A stretch of DNA of 62,044 nucleotides, counting the filler, from Piptocephalis cylindrospora (lineage: Eukaryota): NCBI GenBank assembly GCA_003614145.1. It is 13 parts of 13 records of this genome, joined end to end, with 100 filler letters (N's around TTAATTAATTAA, not from the genome) between each part and the next. Parts side by side here need not be neighbours in the genome. Positions count along the whole stretch, not along the records: positions 57,397 to 62,044 come from KZ988495.1; 12 more parts are not named here. One strand, 5' to 3'. A model generated the notes under the pieces. It did not search any database and was not told where the DNA came from. It saw nothing but the letters and a program-made list of their open reading frames with translations. Positions 59,497 through 62,044 of this stretch are shown in pieces. The number at the start of each line of letters is the position of its first letter. Within the stretch, counting starts at the first letter, position 1. The translations under genes were made by a program, and so were the position numbers.

Positions 59497-60999
59497 TCAA
59501 GCCTGACTAGAAGATTTGTTCATGACGCTACGGCCTGACCGTTTCCATGGAATTTTAATCTTGGACATGCCCCGTTTAATCAGCTGCATCGAGGGGGACA
59601 CGGACCGATCCTGGTTGATATGCGATCGGATACTGGGTGACCCCTGGGAGACACCCTTTTTGGGCCGGCCTCTCCCCCCAAAATCTACAGGTATATCCAT
59701 GCTCGCGTTCCGAGAGGAGGGGGAAGAAGTGGAGGAGAGAGAGGAAGCGGATGGGGAGGAGGGAGGGTGGACGGATGCCTCGGAGGGATCCTCCATGGCC
59801 AAGGCACAGCAAAGTTCCTCAGTGAGTTCCCAGGTAGTCCGAGACCTCTCGGTCCCCGGTGAGGTCGTGGTGCGTAGCCAGGTGCGTAGCTCCTGGACGA
59901 TTTTAACTCGTCGTTCCAGAGTATCCTTGGCACACTCGAGACCCAGGTCGTGTTCCATGAGCTTCCACACACGGGAGGTCTGGAAGAAGCGCCGGTACGA
60001 GTCAGCCATAAGACGACGGGCTGATAACTTGACCTCATCAAACGCAGATACTGACACGTCTTGACCCCGTTTCCTCGCTTCCGTCACCGCCCGGAGACAC
60101 CGATCCTGGATGCCTTGGGGGAGGTTGACCTCGAAGCCCCGATCTGATGTTAGGTAGGTTCGGGCCAGGGTCTCAGCGGCCTGGGCCTTGAACATAGGGT
60201 CATGATAGGGGTCATCCAGGCCCGAGTCTCGATCACATGGGTCCATCGACTTTTTTCCAGCAGCGATCGACATGACCTGGAAATGCTCAATTTCCAGGTA
60301 GCAAAAGAGGTTCTCGCATGAGTACTCCTCAAGGAGAAAGAGGAGAAAGTATGCCAAGGGGATGTTAGAGTTGAGAAGGAGGTCCAATCCTGAAGGGCCC
60401 GCGTCCACCAGTTCTTGCAAGCCCACATCTCGGATGGCCCCACTTCCCGTTGACACCATGGATGGGGCCAGGGAACTTGAGGAGGGCACCATGGACTCGG
60501 AAGATGGTGCAGGGGAAGCTGATCGATTGTGTGGATCGATAGATGTGTCCTTACCATTCTCGCCTTCCCTCCCCCAGTGTTCATTTCGCGCGGGCCCATT
60601 CGATGGCGTATCCATGGGGGAGGGTGATGCGCCCTCCTCCACCTCCTCCTCGATATCATCCCCGTCGAGGGTTTCTTCCGCACTGAGGGAGGAGGAGAGG
60701 GAATGGGCAGAGTGGAGGGAGGGAGGGGGGGGGGGGACGGGTGAAGAAGGGCTGACTATATCCCGCGCGGTAGGCAGGGTCGGAGTGGGAGGGACGATCT
60801 CGATAGATGCTGGGGTGGTGGGCTGGAGTGACGGAGCTAACGAGGGATCCTTGGGATTGGGGGAGAGGACTGGGGCAAGGATGATGTGCTCGGGCATTTT
60901 TTTCGTTTTTTTCCCCGAGGGGTTTCCCACGGGGACATCATCAGGATTAGAGATGATGGGTGATGAGGGTGGATCAATGATGGTTGAGGGAGTGGTCAT
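59497..60999 (-). CDS. Regulator of G-protein signalling (RGS) domain protein
   Basis: YFLLFLLEEYSCENLFCYLEIEHF...TYL...FEVNLP...FDE...LMADSYRRF, flanked by P/S-rich disordered regions. Confidence 0.85.
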   Translation of the reverse strand: MTTPSTIIDPPSSPIISNPDDVPVGNPSGKKTKKMPEHIILAPVLSPNPKDPSLAPSLQPTTPASIEIVPPTPTLPTARDIVSPSSPVPPPPPSLHSAHSLSSSLSAEETLDGDDIEEEVEEGASPSPMDTPSNGPARNEHWGREGENGKDTSIDPHNRSASPAPSSESMVPSSSSLAPSMVSTGSGAIRDVGLQELVDAGPSGLDLLLNSNIPLAYFLLFLLEEYSCENLFCYLEIEHFQVMSIAAGKKSMDPCDRDSGLDDPYHDPMFKAQAAETLARTYLTSDRGFEVNLPQGIQDRCLRAVTEARKRGQDVSVSAFDEVKLSARRLMADSYRRFFQTSRVWKLMEHDLGLECAKDTLERRVKIVQELRTWLRTTTSPGTERSRTTWELTEELCCALAMEDPSEASVHPPSSPSASSLSSTSSPSSRNASMDIPVDFGGRGRPKKGVSQGSPSIRSHINQDRSVSPSMQLIKRGMSKIKIPWKRSGRSVMNKSSSQA

Positions 61000-62044
61000 T
61001 TGGATGATGGAACGGGTGGGCAGAGGGGGAGGTTATATTGGATAGAGCGAGGAGGGGCGTATGAAAGCAGAAATTGAGAGGGCGAGGGGGATAATTGATC
61101 AGGGACAGAGGCTGAGCTACGATGAGGGGAGAGGGAAAGAGGTAATGGGGGTTCTGGGATTGAGATTGTGATTGGAGGGAGCTGAAGGAAGGGGAGATGG
61201 TGGGCGTTGGAGTACGCAATAGGCTGCACTGCAGTAGAGGAAAAGGAGAAGGAGAAGGAGAAGGAGGAGGGGCAAAAGGGTAAGGAAGCAAAGAGAGGAG
61301 AGGGGAGGAGGAAAGGGAAGGTAAGGGGAGAAAGAGGAAGAAAGGAGTGAAGAAAAGACAAGATGCAGGTTTTAAACTTAGATCGGCAAGGATCGGATGG
61401 GATCTAGCCGATGGTCCAACGGAAGCAAGGATCTCGCGGACCAGCGAGAAGTGACTGAGGGAAGGGACGGGAGAAGGGGTAGAAATGAAGGCGGAGGTTA
61501 GCACGAGGTGTCAAGTGGATGGTGGGCGACTTGAGGTTAAGGTAAGGACGAGCGGAGTTGGGAGATGAGAAGAAAGATTGAAATAAGTAGAGAAAATCGG
61601 TCGCGGGTGGAGGAGAGAGGAAATGTCGGAGCTGATGCGATAAATTGAGCGGGTAAATGTGATGGGGGATGGCGCGATGAAAGGAAAGGAAGGGAAGGAG
61701 AGGAGAAGGCACAAAAGGAAACAAGGAAGCGGAGATGGTCCTGGCCTTAATAAACATTTGCCTAGTGGCACAGGGAGGAGGGGAGGGTAAGTAGGGCAAG
61801 GAGGGAGAACCTTGGTGCCTTATGTGTGGGAATGTGTGTGAGAGGGAGAGAGGAGGGTGATGATGACTTTGAGATGTCAGGGGACCAAGGGGATGTGCGG
61901 AAACGTCTATAACCGTCCGTCTGTACAGGAGCAAAATGATGGATGAGGAAGGGTGAACGGGGGAAATTCATGGTAAGGGGAGTGGCTGCGAGTGGAATGA
62001 AGAACAACAAGATACCCTTTACACCTTCTGGCTCATAGCATCAA

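Noticed and set aside
61000..62044. ORFs in the purine-rich tract upstream of the RGS gene (and similar upstream extensions at 6244, 1783, 49809)
   Set aside because: Low-complexity CT-rich promoter/5'UTR sequence that lacks stops by composition, giving S/P/L/F-rich translations.

Overview
Eukaryotic, almost certainly fungal, nuclear DNA: short GT-AG introns, CT-rich 5' regions and one tRNA-Gly gene. The gene set (APH-1, LENG1-like, eIF3L, DusA-type Dus) suggests an early-diverging, non-Dikarya fungus; a Zoopagomycota-like lineage is an unverified guess. The window is not one locus. It is 13 small contigs (about 4.6-4.75 kb, nearly all in descending length order) joined by an artificial 100-bp linker (N44-TTAATTAATTAA-N44), so adjacency across linkers means nothing and many genes are cut at contig ends. 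Recognisable genes: UNC-93-like MFS protein, MARVEL-like protein, TAF1 (frameshifted at a G9 run), a 7-exon LENG1/CIR_N gene the ORF track misses, M13 peptidase, TRS120 3' end, INH1, RTG2, ADE5,7, APH1, VPS28, OHCU decarboxylase 5' end, DusA-like synthase, DNM1 (directly preceded by a Yak1-type kinase exon), NOC4, a GT4 trehalose synthase-like 3' end, CBC2, THO1/SARNP, eIF3L, VMA5, a Ctr copper transporter, two secreted orphans, ARG7, a rhodanese, a PPIE-like RRM protein and an RGS protein. Best leads: a 224-codon frame interrupted only by ten TGA codons; an in-frame-spliceable kinase-exon/DNM1 junction; a Ctr gene head-to-head with a Met-cluster secreted protein; gamma-secretase APH-1; a bacterial-type DusA; and a highly structured intergenic element. 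No CRISPR array, rRNA or intact transposon was seen. All family assignments come from motif recognition, not database searches.
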